Assembly: GCA_951406725.2 (NCBI GenBank)
Contig: OX597817.1
Span: 93,682,001-93,746,000 of the forward strand
Length of the DNA: 64,000 nt
Origin: Octopus vulgaris
Taxonomy: Eukaryota
Direction of reading: 5' to 3'
Shown here piece after piece: positions 37,373 through 52,885 of the stretch. A program made the translations under genes and the position numbers. Within the stretch, counting starts at the first letter, position 1; every line of letters starts with the position of its first letter. The notes beneath the pieces are model-generated. The model saw nothing but the letters and a program-made list of their open reading frames with translations, had not been told where the DNA came from and did no database searches.

Positions 37373-37544
37373 TGGCTGCCCCCTCGTTATCGAGTATGGC
37401 CATTGCACGAAGCTTAATCAATGTTGTTATCGTGCAATGCCTGAGCAAGAAGATGTTTTTTAAAGTGAGGAAGAGCTGTGCACTGAGTCAATCTCACTCA
37501 CTAAGCAATAGCAGCCATAATCCGAAAAGAAGAAAAAGTCAACA

Positions 37545-37925
37545 TCATCGGTAACCACAGAGCCGCAGATTTTATGTCGGAGTTATCCCAGTTACCTGAG
37601 TTACCTTCTCCTTGAAGGATGCCCTAACAAAGGCTAGGAGTCCTTCACTCCCAATAGTTTAACCGCGTGATCGGGTATTTAGTTTGATTATTTCTATGTC
37701 CCCGCGCATGAGACAGCCTTAAGACATTTATTGGATGGCCGTTGACTCTCAAGAGTTCCTCCGCTCTTTGACGGGTTTTGCTTTTCATCCCACAGGGTGT
37801 CCAATAAACACCCTCCTCACCAAGCAAGCTTGGTGGGGTTGCCGGTTTAGTTGCCGACAACCCGACCATGCAACAGGTTGTACTGGGTTACATGTTACCA
37901 GTAGCACTCCAAAATGACCTGACCT
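37545..37925 (-). mobile_element. Interspersed repeat related to 1920-2215 (possible RTE-clade 5' region)
   Basis: Shared motif with 1930-2005; GC-richer than the flanks. Confidence 0.4.
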
Positions 37926-38043
37926 CAATATATACACTATACACATATATATATAAATACATATATATATACACATATATATATGCACACATATATATAT
38001 ACACATATATATAAATACATACATATATAAATACATACATACA

Positions 38044-38076
<33 letters not shown>

Positions 38077-38649
38077 CTACACACACACACAAATGCATGT
38101 ATGTATGTATGCATGTGTGTATAACAACATGTAAATATTAAGTTGGAAATAGTTGAAGGCTTCCTTTGATTTCTTCTATTCAAACGGGTTAGTTTTACCA
38201 CCTAAAATTTATGCGCCGTTGTTTATAGTGTTATGTGTGCTTCGATATCCACTGTTCCAAAGAAGAATTATTTCACGAAAGTTTATAGTATGTTTATGAC
38301 GTCAACGTACATGCAAGCATGCATACATACAAACATACATACATACATACATACATACATACACCTCTCTCTCTCTCACACACACTCACACATACACACA
38401 CACTCACACATACACACACACTCACACATACACACACACTCACACACTCGTTTACATGTATATATGTTGCTATACATAAGCAATTCTAAATTTCACCAAA
38501 TATATCAGTAAAGGGTGGATGTATGAAACAAATTGTTATACAATCATCTCATATGCCCACACCCAAAGTTAACATTAATATAACAAAAGACTTCAACTAA
38601 AATGCTGACGCACACTCTCTTTACTTACACTCTATTACTCCAGGCATTG

Positions 38650-38689
<40 letters not shown>

Positions 38690-38992
38690 TATATAATATG
38701 TACATTGAATTTTGCTTACGGACACACCTACATGTCTATAAAAGAAAGTATATTATACGAATATATCATATAGGTCAGCATATACATATATGTACATGTA
38801 AATATAATAATAGTATAATATAACAGACACTCACATATGAGTACGTATGTGTGTGTGTGTTTGCCTCTGTGTGTGTGTGTTTGCCTCTGTGTGTGTGTGT
38901 GTGTATAGCGAGAAATTGAGGCAATAAGAGATAATGGTGTCATTGAGACCCAAAGGTGTCAGGTAATGCTAAATAAGTGCTATAGACAGATC

Positions 38993-39051
38993 ATAGTCCC
39001 CGATGAAGGGATATTATTAATCAATATCCTAGAAACAGCTGTAAGACCTAT
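38993..39051 (+). ncRNA. Hammerhead-like motif (variant core) in a Penelope-pLTR-like repeat
   Basis: ATAGTCC-CCGATGA-ag-GGATATT(attaatc)AATATCC-ta-GAAA, palindromic ACAGCTGT stem III, GTA triplet, then AGACCTAT imperfectly pairing with stem I. Confidence 0.55.
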
Positions 39052-39110
39052 CTATAAATGCTCTAATATCTATACAGCCTTGGTTTCTTTTTATCTCATT
39101 ACACAAACAA

Positions 39111-39168
<58 letters not shown>

Positions 39169-39212
39169 TATGTATATTTATATATGTATGCATATATATA
39201 TGTATATATATG

Positions 39213-39274
<62 letters not shown>

Positions 39275-39364
39275 TATGTATATATATGTATATATATATA
39301 TGTATATATATGTATATATATGTATATATATGTGTGTTTATATATGTATATATATATATTTATA

Positions 39365-40322
<958 letters not shown>

Positions 40323-40613
40323 TATATATATATATTTATTTATTTAGTTATCTCCGGTTCTATTCTGTACTGTACACGGGTTTATCCTTGGATAGTTCAA
40401 GTATCTTATTAGTTTTTCTTTGACAAGATATTGCTTATTACTCCATCATCCTTCCTCAATTTCATGCATATACCTATGTCGGTCTGTCTATTTATCTGTC
40501 TGTTGTCTATCTGTCTGTCTGTCTGCATATATATGAATGTGCGGCTGGGTTTGTGTAATATTTAGACATGCTCAAACATATATAGATTTATACATACCTA
40601 CATACATAGCTGC

Positions 40614-40727
<114 letters not shown>

Positions 40728-42048
40728 CTTTCTTTTATTAGCCACACAGGGCTGAATACAGAGGGGACAAATACAAATGCAGAGCTTTTCTTTTCGAGGG
40801 TGGAAAAAAAAGAAAATAAATGTAATATTGCGATCAAAAAGGATCGAGAGGAGGAAAAAAAAGAAAAGAAATCGTGTATCACAGAAATAATGATAAAAAC
40901 ATTGATAAAACAAGATTGGGTTCATCCGCGGGAAGAAAAGCCTACAGAAAAGACCACGTGAACCTCAGTCAGGGAGGAAATAACCACATGAGATCAAAAT
41001 GCTCTCTTTCTTTCTTTTTTACGATCTACAGGATCATGCTCAAAATGGTTTCGTCACTCGCACGCACCATCTTTGCAACATTCACCCATCTTTTTTTGAA
41101 TCTTTCGCGAGACAAAACTTCCCTCTCCATTCTCACCTTCCTATTCAAGTGGTACTTGAAAAAGTTGACGAGCGATTGGCCAGAGAGGTAAGTGTTTGTC
41201 TCTAATCCTTTCGCTCGGGTCCACCACACACATTCTTTCACCATGGCCACCAGTACGATGAAAACTGCCCTGCCTTCCCGGCTGAGGGAAGGGGGCGGAG
41301 CAATTCTCACGATAGACTCGGCCGATAGGCGGATTCATTCCACACGTGACAGTAGCCGTTCGGCATAAGCCCACAGGTCTGAAATGGTTGGACATTGCAC
41401 GAGTGCGTGCAGAACGGTTTCGTCGCTCTGACCGCATCTCGGGCAAGTCGGTCCAGTGTGTCTGGAACCGTGTCTGTAGAGCTTATCCCGAACAGGTAAT
41501 GCTTCTCGATAGCACTGCCAGGCCAGGGATCTTTGGTGATTGTTCATAGGTCCCGGCCCGAAAGTTGTCCTGAACAGGCGGGTCAGGTGTTCCTCGTCGA
41601 CGCCCAGACTCTGCCCGAGTTCGTCGTCGCACCTCCCCTCCACTAATCCTCTATAGAATGCCTTTGTTGTGATGGAGTCGCACAAGTTCGATCCCGGACG
41701 GCAGAGTTGCTTGAGAGCAACGCGACACTCGCGGTGCCATTCGCCTAGCCTCGGTCTCTGCTTGATCCATGACTGTAGTTCGTCCAAGGAGACGAGCTGC
41801 GGGAAAGCGCGCCGTACAAAAGGCGACCACACCTGTTCACTGTTGTCTATGAAGCGCCTCAGATGTCGCAGTCTCAGCGCATGTCTGCGCATCATCAACC
41901 ACGGCATGCCCAGCCCTCCATTTAGCGGGTGTTGACAGCAAATGGATCGCCTAACCATCGGAACGTTTCCCTTCCACAAGAAGCGGAACAGTATACGTTC
42001 CAGTTTGGTGATGGTAGGGTCGGGACAAGGCACGACGGTCAGACGATA
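40728..42048 (-). mobile_element. Tx1-like LINE, 5'-truncated 3' portion with complete tail
   Basis: YRLTVVPCPDPTITKLERILFRFLWKG...HPLNGGLGMP...REALPVRDKLYRHG...CPRCGQSDETVLHALVQCP; tail ...tcagccctgtgtggctaataaaagaaa followed by (TCTA)n. Confidence 0.92.
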
Positions 42049-42118
42049 CCTATTTAATTTGGTATTTTTTTCTCGACATTTTCGAAATGTCGAGAAAAAA
42101 AATACCAAATTAAATAGG
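42049..42118. repeat. Near-perfect 70-bp palindrome at the LINE 5' truncation point
   Basis: cctatttaatttggtatttttttctcgacattttcgaaatgtcgagaaaaaaaataccaaattaaatagg; arms differ only in homopolymer lengths. Confidence 0.9.
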
Positions 42119-42272
42119 GTTGAAACTGCCCCTCCTCCTTTGGAAAAGCACTCAAACAAAAGTTGAGTGCCTTACACACCTTATTTACAAAAATGTACAC
42201 AAAATATGGGCTATAAATAGTCAAAATAAACGATTACCTTCGGAGCCGAAGTGACAGCACGTCCGTAAATAA

Positions 42273-42382
<110 letters not shown>

Positions 42383-42404
42383 TGATAGATAGATAGATAG
42401 AGTG

Positions 42405-42528
<124 letters not shown>

Positions 42529-42645
42529 CATACATACATACATACATACATACATACATACATACATACATACATACATACATACATACATACATACATA
42601 CATACATACATAGAGAGACCTGCATATAAACATTCTTTAAATTTA

Positions 42646-43708
42646 AAAAAAAAAAAAAAAAAAAGGAAGGGGAGTTTCGATCAAAAGGGATCGTAAAAGG
42701 AGAGAAAGAGGACAAAAAAAAAGGGGGTTAAAAAAAGGGGGAGAGGAAAAAAAAATGATCAATAGGGATCGTTATCACAGAAATGTCAATATGAAGTGTA
42801 AAGGGGAGGACAGGTGAGGTTTACCCGTGGAAAGAAAAGCCTACGGAAAAGACCACGGTAACCTCGGTCAATGAAGTCACATTTTATATTTCTTTTTTTT
42901 TTTTTTTTTTTTTTTGCAAATAAGCAACTCTCTGTTTTCGATTTCTGGGTTCATAGGACTATGCTCAAGGTGGCTTCGTCATTCATACGTGCCATTCTTG
43001 CTACATTCACCCATCTTTTTTTAAAACATTCGCTAGACAAAAGTTGCCTCTCTACTCTCACTTTCCTTTTCAAGTGGTACTTGAAGAAGTTAATGAGAGA
43101 TTGACCAGAGAGGAAAGTGTTTGTCTCCAATCCTTTCAGACGCGTCCACCAGATACATTCCTTCGCCATAGCCACAAGGATGATGAAAATAGCTCTTCCT
43201 TCCCGTTTGAAGGAAGGAGGCGTGACAATATTGACGATAGACTCAGCTGATAAACCGACTCGTCCCACACGTGACAGCAGTTGTTCGACATAAGCCCACA
43301 GGTCGGAAATTGTTGGACACTGAACGAGTGCGTGCAGAACGGTTTCGTCGCTCTGACCGCATCTCGGGCAGGTCGGCCCCGTGTTTCTCGAGCCGTGTCT
43401 GTAGAGCTTATCCCGAACGGGTAGCGCTTCTCGGTAGCACTGCCAGGCCAGGGATCTCTGGAAGTTGTCCATGGGCCCTGGCCCGAAAGTCGTCCTGAAC
43501 AGGCGGGTCAGGTACTCCTCGTCGACGTCCAGGTTCGCCCCGAGCTCGTCGTCGTACCTCCCCTCCACTAAACCCCTATAGAATGCTTTGGTTGTGTTGA
43601 AGTCACTTAAGGTCGACCCAGGACGGCAGAGTTGCTTGAGAGCAACGCGACACTCGCGGTGCCATTCGCCCTTCCTCGGCCTCTTTTTGATGGAAGGGCG
43701 AATGGCAC
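42646..43708 (-). mobile_element. Tx1-like LINE, 5'-truncated ORF2 C-terminal portion with open frame
   Basis: ORF 42951-43690 KRPRKGEWHRECRVALKQLC...CPRCGQSDETVLHALVQCP...KKRWVNVARM is uninterrupted and similar to the 40728 copy. Confidence 0.92.
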
Positions 43709-44209
43709 TAGATAGATAGATAGATAGGTAGATAGATAGATACATACATACATACATACATACATACATACATACATACATACATACATACATACATACA
43801 TAGAGAGACCTGCATATAAACATTCTTTAAATTTATGGAACGAACATAACGTTGTGTCTCAACATGTGTGTATGTTTGTATATGTATGTGTGTTTGTGTA
43901 TGTGTCTAGCAGAGAGTGAGAGAGAGAAAGAAAGAGAGAGAAATAGACGAAGAGAGGCAGAGAGCTAGAGAGACAGCGAGCTAGAGAGCTAGAGAGCTAG
44001 AGAGAGAGAGAGAGAGCTAGTGAGAGAGAGAGAGAGAGCTAGAGAGAGGGAGAGAGCTAGAGAGAGAGAGAGAGAAAGAGCTAGGGAGAGAGAGAGAGGG
44101 AGAGAGAGAAATGTACAAATGTTTCCCATATGTTTGCAACAACAAAATATCCCCTAAAGTTGGAACATTACATGTGCGGTGTTTTTACGCTTTCATACCA
44201 CACGTACGT

Positions 44210-44273
<64 letters not shown>

Positions 44274-44469
44274 GTTTTCTATCGAAGTAAAAGAAAAGCA
44301 GGGATGATATTAGCATTAACTGATAGAACTAATCACAAATTGTAACTTTTTCTATAGTAAGCCTTCGTCTTGTATCTTTCCTTTGAAGAGAAATAATGTA
44401 TTTCAAACAAAGTATCATCATTGAGTTCTTAACGAAGGAGGTGTTCAGAATGTCCGACTTCCAAAGTCA

Positions 44470-44682
44470 TGCGTAACCTTAACGTAGATTCTCAGGGAGT
44501 TTCACCGTGAAGCAGAGTGAGACAACGTTGGCTTTTGAATTACAGCTACAACTTATTTTTGCTAGTGGACGGGAGGAACGTGAAATAATGTGTGTGGGTC
44601 AAGGACATAACACGTCGCCGGAAATCGAAATCACGACCTTGCGATCGTTAGCCGAACTCCCTAACCAAAAAGCCATGCGCCT
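44470..44682 (-). mobile_element. tRNA-derived SINE (family C)
   Basis: Minus head aggcgcatggctttttggttagggagttcggctaacgatcgcaaggtcgtgatttcgatttccggcgacg has A/B-box-like motifs; body differs from families A and B. Confidence 0.65.
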
Positions 44683-44751
44683 TCACACACGCACACACGC
44701 ACACGCACGTACACACACGCACGTACACACACGCACGCGCACACGCACACG

Positions 44752-44808
<57 letters not shown>

Positions 44809-45084
44809 GTACATATTTAAATATATAATCGTACTGTAAAAAAAAAAGATAAATCCTTTTCTTATCAGAAAATTTCATGTGCGGTAAGCATGTAGCTCTG
44901 CCCATGAAATGTTCTAACGAGAAATCTGATTCACTATGTTACAGCACAACAATATATTTATATATGTTCATCTATATGTATATTTATACGTTTGATAGAT
45001 GTTTTAGCGACGTTGATAGATGTTTTAGCGTTGTGGACATTGGTTATGAAACAGCTGTCAACAACATTTCATCTCTCACTCCTC

Positions 45085-45115
<31 letters not shown>

Positions 45116-45211
45116 GTGTATGTGTGAGTGTGTATACACACAAACATGTCTATATATATAAACATATATATGTATGTGTATATATCTATATACAAACATG
45201 TATATATATCA

Positions 45212-45247
<36 letters not shown>

Positions 45248-45625
45248 ATGTGTGTATGTACTTGTGTCTCTGTAAATATGTATATATAATATATATATGT
45301 ACATGTGTGTGTGTGTGTCTGTATGTGTGCGCGCGTGTGCACAAGCTGCATTCTAGAAGTTTTCAGACTTTTTAATGAGAAATATATTGATTTTAAAGAA
45401 GTACAAAACTCTAATCTCTGACTTCAATGTACTTGTAGCGTTTCAGCCACCTTCAGAAAGGTGCATAGACATCCTCCAAAACGAAGGTGTCCAGGACCTT
45501 TGTCATAGCATTCCTCACCTGCTTGTATGTATGTATGTATGTATGTATGTATGTATGTATGTATGTATGTATGTGTATGTATGTATGTATGTATGTATGT
45601 ATGTATGTATGTATGTATGTATGTA

Positions 45626-45662
<37 letters not shown>

Positions 45663-47116
45663 CCACACATATCTAATGTATCTGTTAACTTGTACATGCT
45701 AATTTCTGAAATTCAAAAGTTTCTTGTCTATAATTTACAATGAAATATTCAAATAACGGAGCAAACGACATCAAAAACCGACACCATACCAATCAAGGTT
45801 TACCTTTCTAAAATCGTTCTTTTCCGATGTATTGCAAGACTGAGAGGTAAGAGTGCTGATATTAAATCTCCTTAATCTTACACTTAGTACAAAACAGGGA
45901 GATTCAATGCTGCCTTATAATATTGAGTTATTTCTATGTTCTGAGTTCAAATGTTGTCATTTAAATCTTTCTGTGATCAATAATGTACGTACACGTCATG
46001 TTCTGAGAGAGGGCTCGATTAAATCAATTATACCTTCTTTAAATCTGGGGGGTTTTGTGTTCATGTGAGAAATAAATGATTGCTTCAAAGAGGTAAATGG
46101 TGCTGCCACAAAAGTGGCAGGTTATCAAGTAGTATTTAGAGAGATCTCTGTATTTTCGGTAGGAGACTGGACATTATTTAGTGACATCCCCATCTTTACT
46201 TTAGGGCACTTGACATTATTTAGAGGCATGTCCATCTTAATGATAGGATGTCATGCAGTATTTATTGACACCAACACCATTACATTTTGAGTTCAAACCC
46301 TTCTGGAATCGAGTTTATCCTTGACTTTCATTTTTCGATTTAATTGGCCAAACACTCGCCCCAAATTTCTAGCCAGGAGTTTAAGTTACAAATCATCGGT
46401 CTGTCGATAGAGTCAATAAAAAAATATTCCAGCCCTTCTCCGAATCTGCGACCTTGTGATGTTGGAAATCATAAAGGCAACAGGGACAGTGCAACATTTT
46501 ATGGTTTTTAGTTTCATCTCTCATTCCTCAATGAAAGAAATACCACCAATATACTGGTGTCGATTAGATTGGTTATAGCCACTTTCTATATGTCTTACTG
46601 TAAGACACTGAAAAATCAACCAAATTGATGTATTTATTAATTAATTGATAATATAACGACAAATCGAGTTAATCCTGAGTAACTGAGGAAATAGTTACTA
46701 TTTCCCGTCAGTACACCTGTATATTTACACCTGATCACTCATTGATAAGTACTTCCGGTCATTAAATGACTCCATGAAATTCACGACCTCGTATTTTTTA
46801 TCTGTTTTATATTTATTGCTGGAAGTTGTTATTTAGCCCCATATCAGATTTGATTAAGCAGACATATGACCGAATAAATTATTTAATGTGTCATTCCTTA
46901 TTTTTAAAGAATTTGAAAGATATGGCTGCTATTTATAGCGCCATAAATTCAAGAAATGAATTTGAATAAATAAAAGAAAAAATAAATAAATAGAAAGCTT
47001 AAGAAAAAAATTCATTTTAATTTTCAGAGGGAAAATAGTCTTATGGTTTCTGATACTGAACTCCCGGACCAACAAATGCGAGATCAGATCTACTGGAGAT
47101 GTTTTATTCCACTTAC

Positions 47117-47168
47117 ATTCCTTCACATAGCGACCGCCGAGAATGGATCCCATTTGAACAAGGAACAT
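47117..47168 (-). other. Candidate 52-nt exon
   Basis: Minus strand: gttttcttttatAG acceptor and a perfect GTAAGT donor. Confidence 0.3.
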
Positions 47169-47953
47169 CTATAAAAGAAAACTTCAATTAACTACAGTTC
47201 AGAGGAGGGTGTGTATTTAGGTCCCATCTGTTTAACCTTACAAAAGCTGGAAGTAACCATTGATTGACCCAATGGATTTTAGACGAGTAAGAAAGGATTA
47301 ACCCTTTATGAAAGTTAAACATGTTATTTTCTGTTACTGTTTTCTATGGCGATGTCAGGAAGTGTGTTTTTGTCGTCTATATTTCAGAGGTTACTTTGAA
47401 TAGTAAGTATATTGTACATTGTTGTTGTTGATGATGATGTTGATGTTGTTATAGTTATATTGTTGTTGTAATTGTAGTTTTTGTTTTGGTTGTTGTTGAT
47501 GTTGTTCTTTAATCCCAGGTCAGCCCTAATTACATAAACCTATGATCATCAAAGACATTCCAACTGTGATCATCCTATCTTTTACAGGTATTTTCAATCC
47601 AGGACCACGTTATCCAGTGTGATCCTCTGTGATTTGGCTGTTATTTCTAGCAAATCAAGCGACTACCTTGACAACGTTCTCTAGTCTCGCGTTGTTGTTG
47701 TTTAGTCAAGGTCAGCCTTTGACTAAACAGACCTGTGATAGAAGCACCTAAACTATGACCTCTTTGTCATCCAATCGGTGCCTTTAATATTTCGGAATAT
47801 TAATTTGCCCCTTGTTTTTAAGACTTCAAGGTGTAATGTGGGGGAGATTTGGCTGTTATTTTTAGCTGGTTGAACAACCACGTAGACAGTCCCTTTTTAT
47901 CACAAATGTGAATTTGTTAGAGAGACGAGAACAGTCAACAGTCAGAAAAGTAC

Positions 47954-48111
47954 CACAAAGCTGAAAGTAACATTGAAAACCTTGAGCATTGACAAACAGC
48001 TTTTGTGTCTTGTCAGAGGTAATAGTCACAGCAACAGAGAAGTAAATACATGTGACGTATAAATTCATGGTAGTCGTGGTCTGTATTGATGATGAAGCAC
48101 GTATTGTGACA
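47954..48111 (-). other. Candidate exon containing an ATG and a hydrophobic N-terminus
   Basis: gttgtttcAG acceptor, actaccATG (48066-48068), MNLYVTCIYFSVAVTITSD...; donor is weak (GTACTT). Confidence 0.25.
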
Positions 48112-48427
48112 CTGAAACAACATAGACAACTATCTTGGCCGAGTTTGTGATCATGAAATCAGTAACTTAATTAGGATAGCTAATGAACGTGAGGAGAGGC
48201 ATGAAATAGGAGCTAATACAAATCTCTCTCCAATGAGCATTGTTAAAATCTATTTATCAGAAGACACCCCCACTAAAAAAAAAAATTTGGACCAGATCAC
48301 TGAGAAGATAGCACATGGGTTCTTGGCACGCTTGTGAGTGTGATTGTGTGTGAGTGTGTGTATGTATGTATATATAATATATCTACCTCTCTATATATGT
48401 ATACACAGACACACACACGCACACACA

Positions 48428-48520
<93 letters not shown>

Positions 48521-49168
48521 TCACACACACTTTTTTTTTTACTGTAAGTCATGGATTGGTTGAAACAGAACAATATATGAATAAGAGTTGGTGGGAAGTA
48601 CGCAAATACATACTCTGCATGTAAAGCAAACAGAAAGGTCAGTGTTAACATATCTGATACACATTAAATTAAAAATTACTCTCGTATGGAGGAGAATCAT
48701 TAACTTAATGATCAAATCTAGTAAAGAAAGGCAGTGCAAGCATCTCTGGAATTACTTAAGAATATAATCTGTAATATTGCATTACACATTATATTTTTGA
48801 CTTGCTGGCGGGGTGCAAGTGCACCCCCTAAAATCTTTTGGGAGCAATGAGAACGCTTTGAACATCTTCCTTACAAATATCAACGCCAAAACAAACGAGC
48901 ATAGAAATATTTTTGAACTGGATTTATCTGATTTGGTTGATGTACAAATATGATAATAATAATCATTATTATACCAGTGTTTGTTTTGGTATTAAGGTTG
49001 AAAAAATCGACCTTATGTGTAAAACATTTTGGACTTTGGTTTGAACTCACTAAACAAATTTCGTTCCAGCAGTTATGGTAATAGTGAGACAAACAATGAT
49101 AGACATGTTTCAATGTCATTACACCTCCTCGTAGAAGCCTAGTCTAATATTGTTTCACAAAGGTGACT

Positions 49169-49214
<46 letters not shown>

Positions 49215-49649
49215 CACACACGCACCCACTCATGCATATGAATATCACACACACACATGAATAAACACTGCGTAATATGGTAACTTGAAAGAATGACTAG
49301 GTAAAAAATATGAGTCATACTATGAATGCCTAATAATAAAGTCAGTGCAGACACATTTTCACGTAGTAGAGCAAAACATTTTGATTAGTATTCGAATTAG
49401 CTTACTAAAGTGTAAATAATTTTCTTTTAACTACAACTATCAATCGTGGAGTTGATTTCAAATTAGGAGTGTTCCAGCTGTTAGTCAGGTGCATACAAAG
49501 ACATCCATAGAAACGAACATGGATATGTATATATATATAAATATATAACTACTTAATATATATATGTATTTAATTAATTAATCACTGAATGTTAGTAGCA
49601 CTGACTATTCTCTAGTTAACTTATTACCATTTATCTTTTAATTGTTTTA

Positions 49650-50096
49650 ATCATTAGACAGCGGGCCTTGCAGGGACACCATCATGGAGAAGTCCAGTCA
49701 AGTGAATCGACCCCAGTAATTTTTATTTCTAGGCCAGGTACTTATTCTATCACTAAGAGTAACCGCTATGTTACCGGAACGTAAACACACAAACACCGAT
49801 CGTCAAGCGGTGGTGGGGGACAAACACAGATTTAAAGACACACATACACGCACACTCACACACATAGACTCACACACGCACATGCGCGCACGCACACATG
49901 CACACACGCATACACATACACACGACATACACATACACACGCATACATACGACCGACTTCTTTCAGTTGCCGTTTACTAAATCCACTCAGAAGGCTTTGG
50001 TCGGGCCAAGGCTATAGTAGAAGATACTTGTCCAATGTACCACGCTGTGGGATTGAACTTGGATCCATGTGCTTGGGAAGCAAACTTCTTACCACA
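49650..50096 (-). mobile_element. SINE family A, diverged
   Basis: Both halves recognisable (gaatcgacccc..., ctttcagttgccgtttactaaatccactcagaaggctttggtcgg). Confidence 0.7.
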
Positions 50097-50824
50097 TTAT
50101 TATAAGGGAGAATTACAGGTAGACTTATACGAACAAACAAACACAACCTATTCATAGTATTAAAATGTAAACAGATGAGTAATACTCAGCCAATAGAGCA
50201 TTTGGAATACTAGGAAAACCTTTTATACTTGTTAATAAAAAGTGAAGGAGAGTGTGCAGAAAGACTTGGCGTGTGTGTGTGTGTTGTATTGGTAGCAGGA
50301 ATTTGACCGAGCGAGGTGCTGGTAGCTTTATCTGCAAAAGTACTGTTTGCAGAGAAATCTTGGTCAAGAAGTTGATATTAAGAAGACATGCACAATTGGT
50401 AGGAATCTAAATTTGGAAATTCGGAAATTTGGAAGTAGTTCTATCAAATCTTGTAAGAAAACATCGCTTGAACAATATTCTGAAGATTGATACAATTCTT
50501 GGGGAAAAGAATTCGATTTGTAATCTGAAAGGATGAAATGTAAGAGGGTGAGAGGAAGAATAGGGGAAAAAGTGGGATAAATACATGGAGAGTTGGGAGA
50601 ATTGAAGGAAAAAAATGAGTTTTAAAATGGCAAAGGATTAGAAATATCGGGTGACGAATTGCTTTCTGCTTATCATTGAAGAGTACATTTGCTATCAAAC
50701 CTTCCTTAGATAAAATCAACACGTGATGAAAAGTGGGTTCCCCATAATCATATTTAATGGAAGCGACGTTAGGCAGCACCAAATAAAAGAAAAGAAAAAA
50801 AGGAGAATTCATCCTCAAACTAGG

Positions 50825-51300
50825 ATTATACCCCCAAAAAGTTAAGCTCCGTGTTTGGTGGGATATGCAGGGTGTCGTCTATCATGAAGTGTTAAACCAA
50901 AACGAAACAGCTAATGCAAAGTATGGTCGTCAATCAAAAGCACTGCGCAAAAATTTGCAAAAAATACCAAAGATATTACTCTTACACGATAATGCAAGAC
51001 TACATATTATCCACGTTACTCAGTAAAAGATTATGGCACCCAATATGGAATTTTTACCTCATCCTTCTTTTTCTCCTGACCTAGGGGTAAAAAGTTTATT
51101 AAAATTATATTGAGAGTTTCTTTGCTTCGAAATCTGAAGTATTTTACGACTGACAAAACAACAATTTGTAAATAGATGGGAGTATGTTATCAATAATGAA
51201 TGGAAATATTATCTTGATTAAATAGATTAATTAAAGCCTAAGAAATATTTATTTCTTTCCCATCTTGAAATGTGACGGGACGGGACAGCTCTATTGACCC
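50825..51300 (+). mobile_element. mariner-type transposase 3' relic
   Basis: KKVKLRVWWDMQGVVYHEVLNQNETANA, LLHDNARLH, PHPSFSPDL (YSPDL-like), NRWEYVINNE. Confidence 0.8.
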
Positions 51301-52084
51301 AAACAATTTGATAGAACGTTGAATATCTATAGGATGCTGTATCGCCTGCATAGTAAAATACATCTAGAGGACACTGTACGGCGAAACAGGGAGTACAAAC
51401 ACTGTAGCGACCCCCTCCACCATATCGAATTCACTATCTTGATAAGGGGAAGCATATATCTATGGGACACTGACCTCCTACTCGGTAAAATATAAACAAC
51501 AGATGCTGATAGTGTGATTCAGTGCAATGTTTCAGAATTTGTTAGAAAAGGTTGCACAACCTCTAGCATAGTGGTGGTGGTGATTGTAGTGGCATTGATT
51601 ATGGTGGTGTTTATAGTAGTGGTGATGGCAGTGGTGATAATGTAGTGGGGTAGCGGTAGAGGTGGTGATAATGGTGATGATGGTGGTGGTTGGAATGAAA
51701 GTGGTTCTAGAATGTGCGACAAGGAAATAGAGGAAACCAAGAGGAGGCAGGAAATGACAATGGGGTGAGTGAAACAACATGGCGTCAAACTTTCCGATAA
51801 TGAGGTTAAAGGAAACAAAAAAAAAACAAAACATTACGTTGCCAAGGAAACCATATTTCATAGGGACTAATTCATTTTCATATCAATTGTTTAACGTTTA
51901 CTCCTCGTCTTCATTTTCTCACAATCGGGAGTAGGTTTTGCTATTGCTATTCTTTCTCTCGCTTTCCTTGTAAGTATCATCATCATCATCATCATCATCA
52001 TCAGTTGTAGTAGTAGTAGTTGTGGTAGTGGTGGTGGTGGTGGTGGTGGTGGTAGTAATAGTAGTAGATGACGAAGTAGTAGTG

Positions 52085-52151
<67 letters not shown>

Positions 52152-52792
52152 CAGCAGCAGCAACAGCAGCAATAGTTGTTTCATTTTCAACTACTAATTT
52201 TGAAAAATTTAATCTAAGACGGTGGTTGGTTCTGCTCATTATCTTGGATTTATCTAATGCTACATCCGCCAGAGCTCCGGGTCCACATTCCTTCACCTGA
52301 AGCTTTTTACACTACGTTTACCACACACCAACATTGCACACAGTAATACATATAAACACATATTTCAGACCCATCACTGCACTTTTATGTCCACAGTTTA
52401 GTCTCTCCTTTCCTCCACTCCTACATAGATATACACTTCACAAACATTTCCTCTCTTTTCTTCTGATATAAAATAGGGAGCAGGGATAGTGGTGAGTTCA
52501 CTATGTTTACTGGTTAAGCTTATACTGTCAGTCTTTGCTGGAGATAAGAGTGCGACAGTGGGATAAGGAGAGAGACAGCGAGTAATATAAAGGTAGGGGT
52601 AGAACTCTGTGTGTGCGTGCGTGTGTGTATGTGTGTGAGCGAGTCTAGTTACGCGCACGTGCGCACGTGCGCACACATGCGCATACAAGGAAAGAGTGAG
52701 AGAGGAAGACGAGAGAGAGGGAGAGAGAAAGGAATGCAGATAGAGACACATATACATACATACATACATACATACATACATACATACATACA

Positions 52793-52844
<52 letters not shown>

Positions 52845-52885
52845 ACAAAAGTGGTGGGGGTGTTTCCACGCAGGAATAATTATAG

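Noticed and set aside
41335-42159. N-terminal extensions of ORFs 41335-42159 and 42951-43823 as novel fusion proteins
   Set aside because: The extensions come from reading through the palindrome or microsatellite flanks of 5'-truncated LINEs.
51919-52296. Thr/Asp-rich mucin-like ORF on the minus strand after a CAG
   Set aside because: It consists mostly of (ACT)n/(GAT)n trinucleotide repeats, the acceptor lacks a pyrimidine tract, and there is no recognisable domain.
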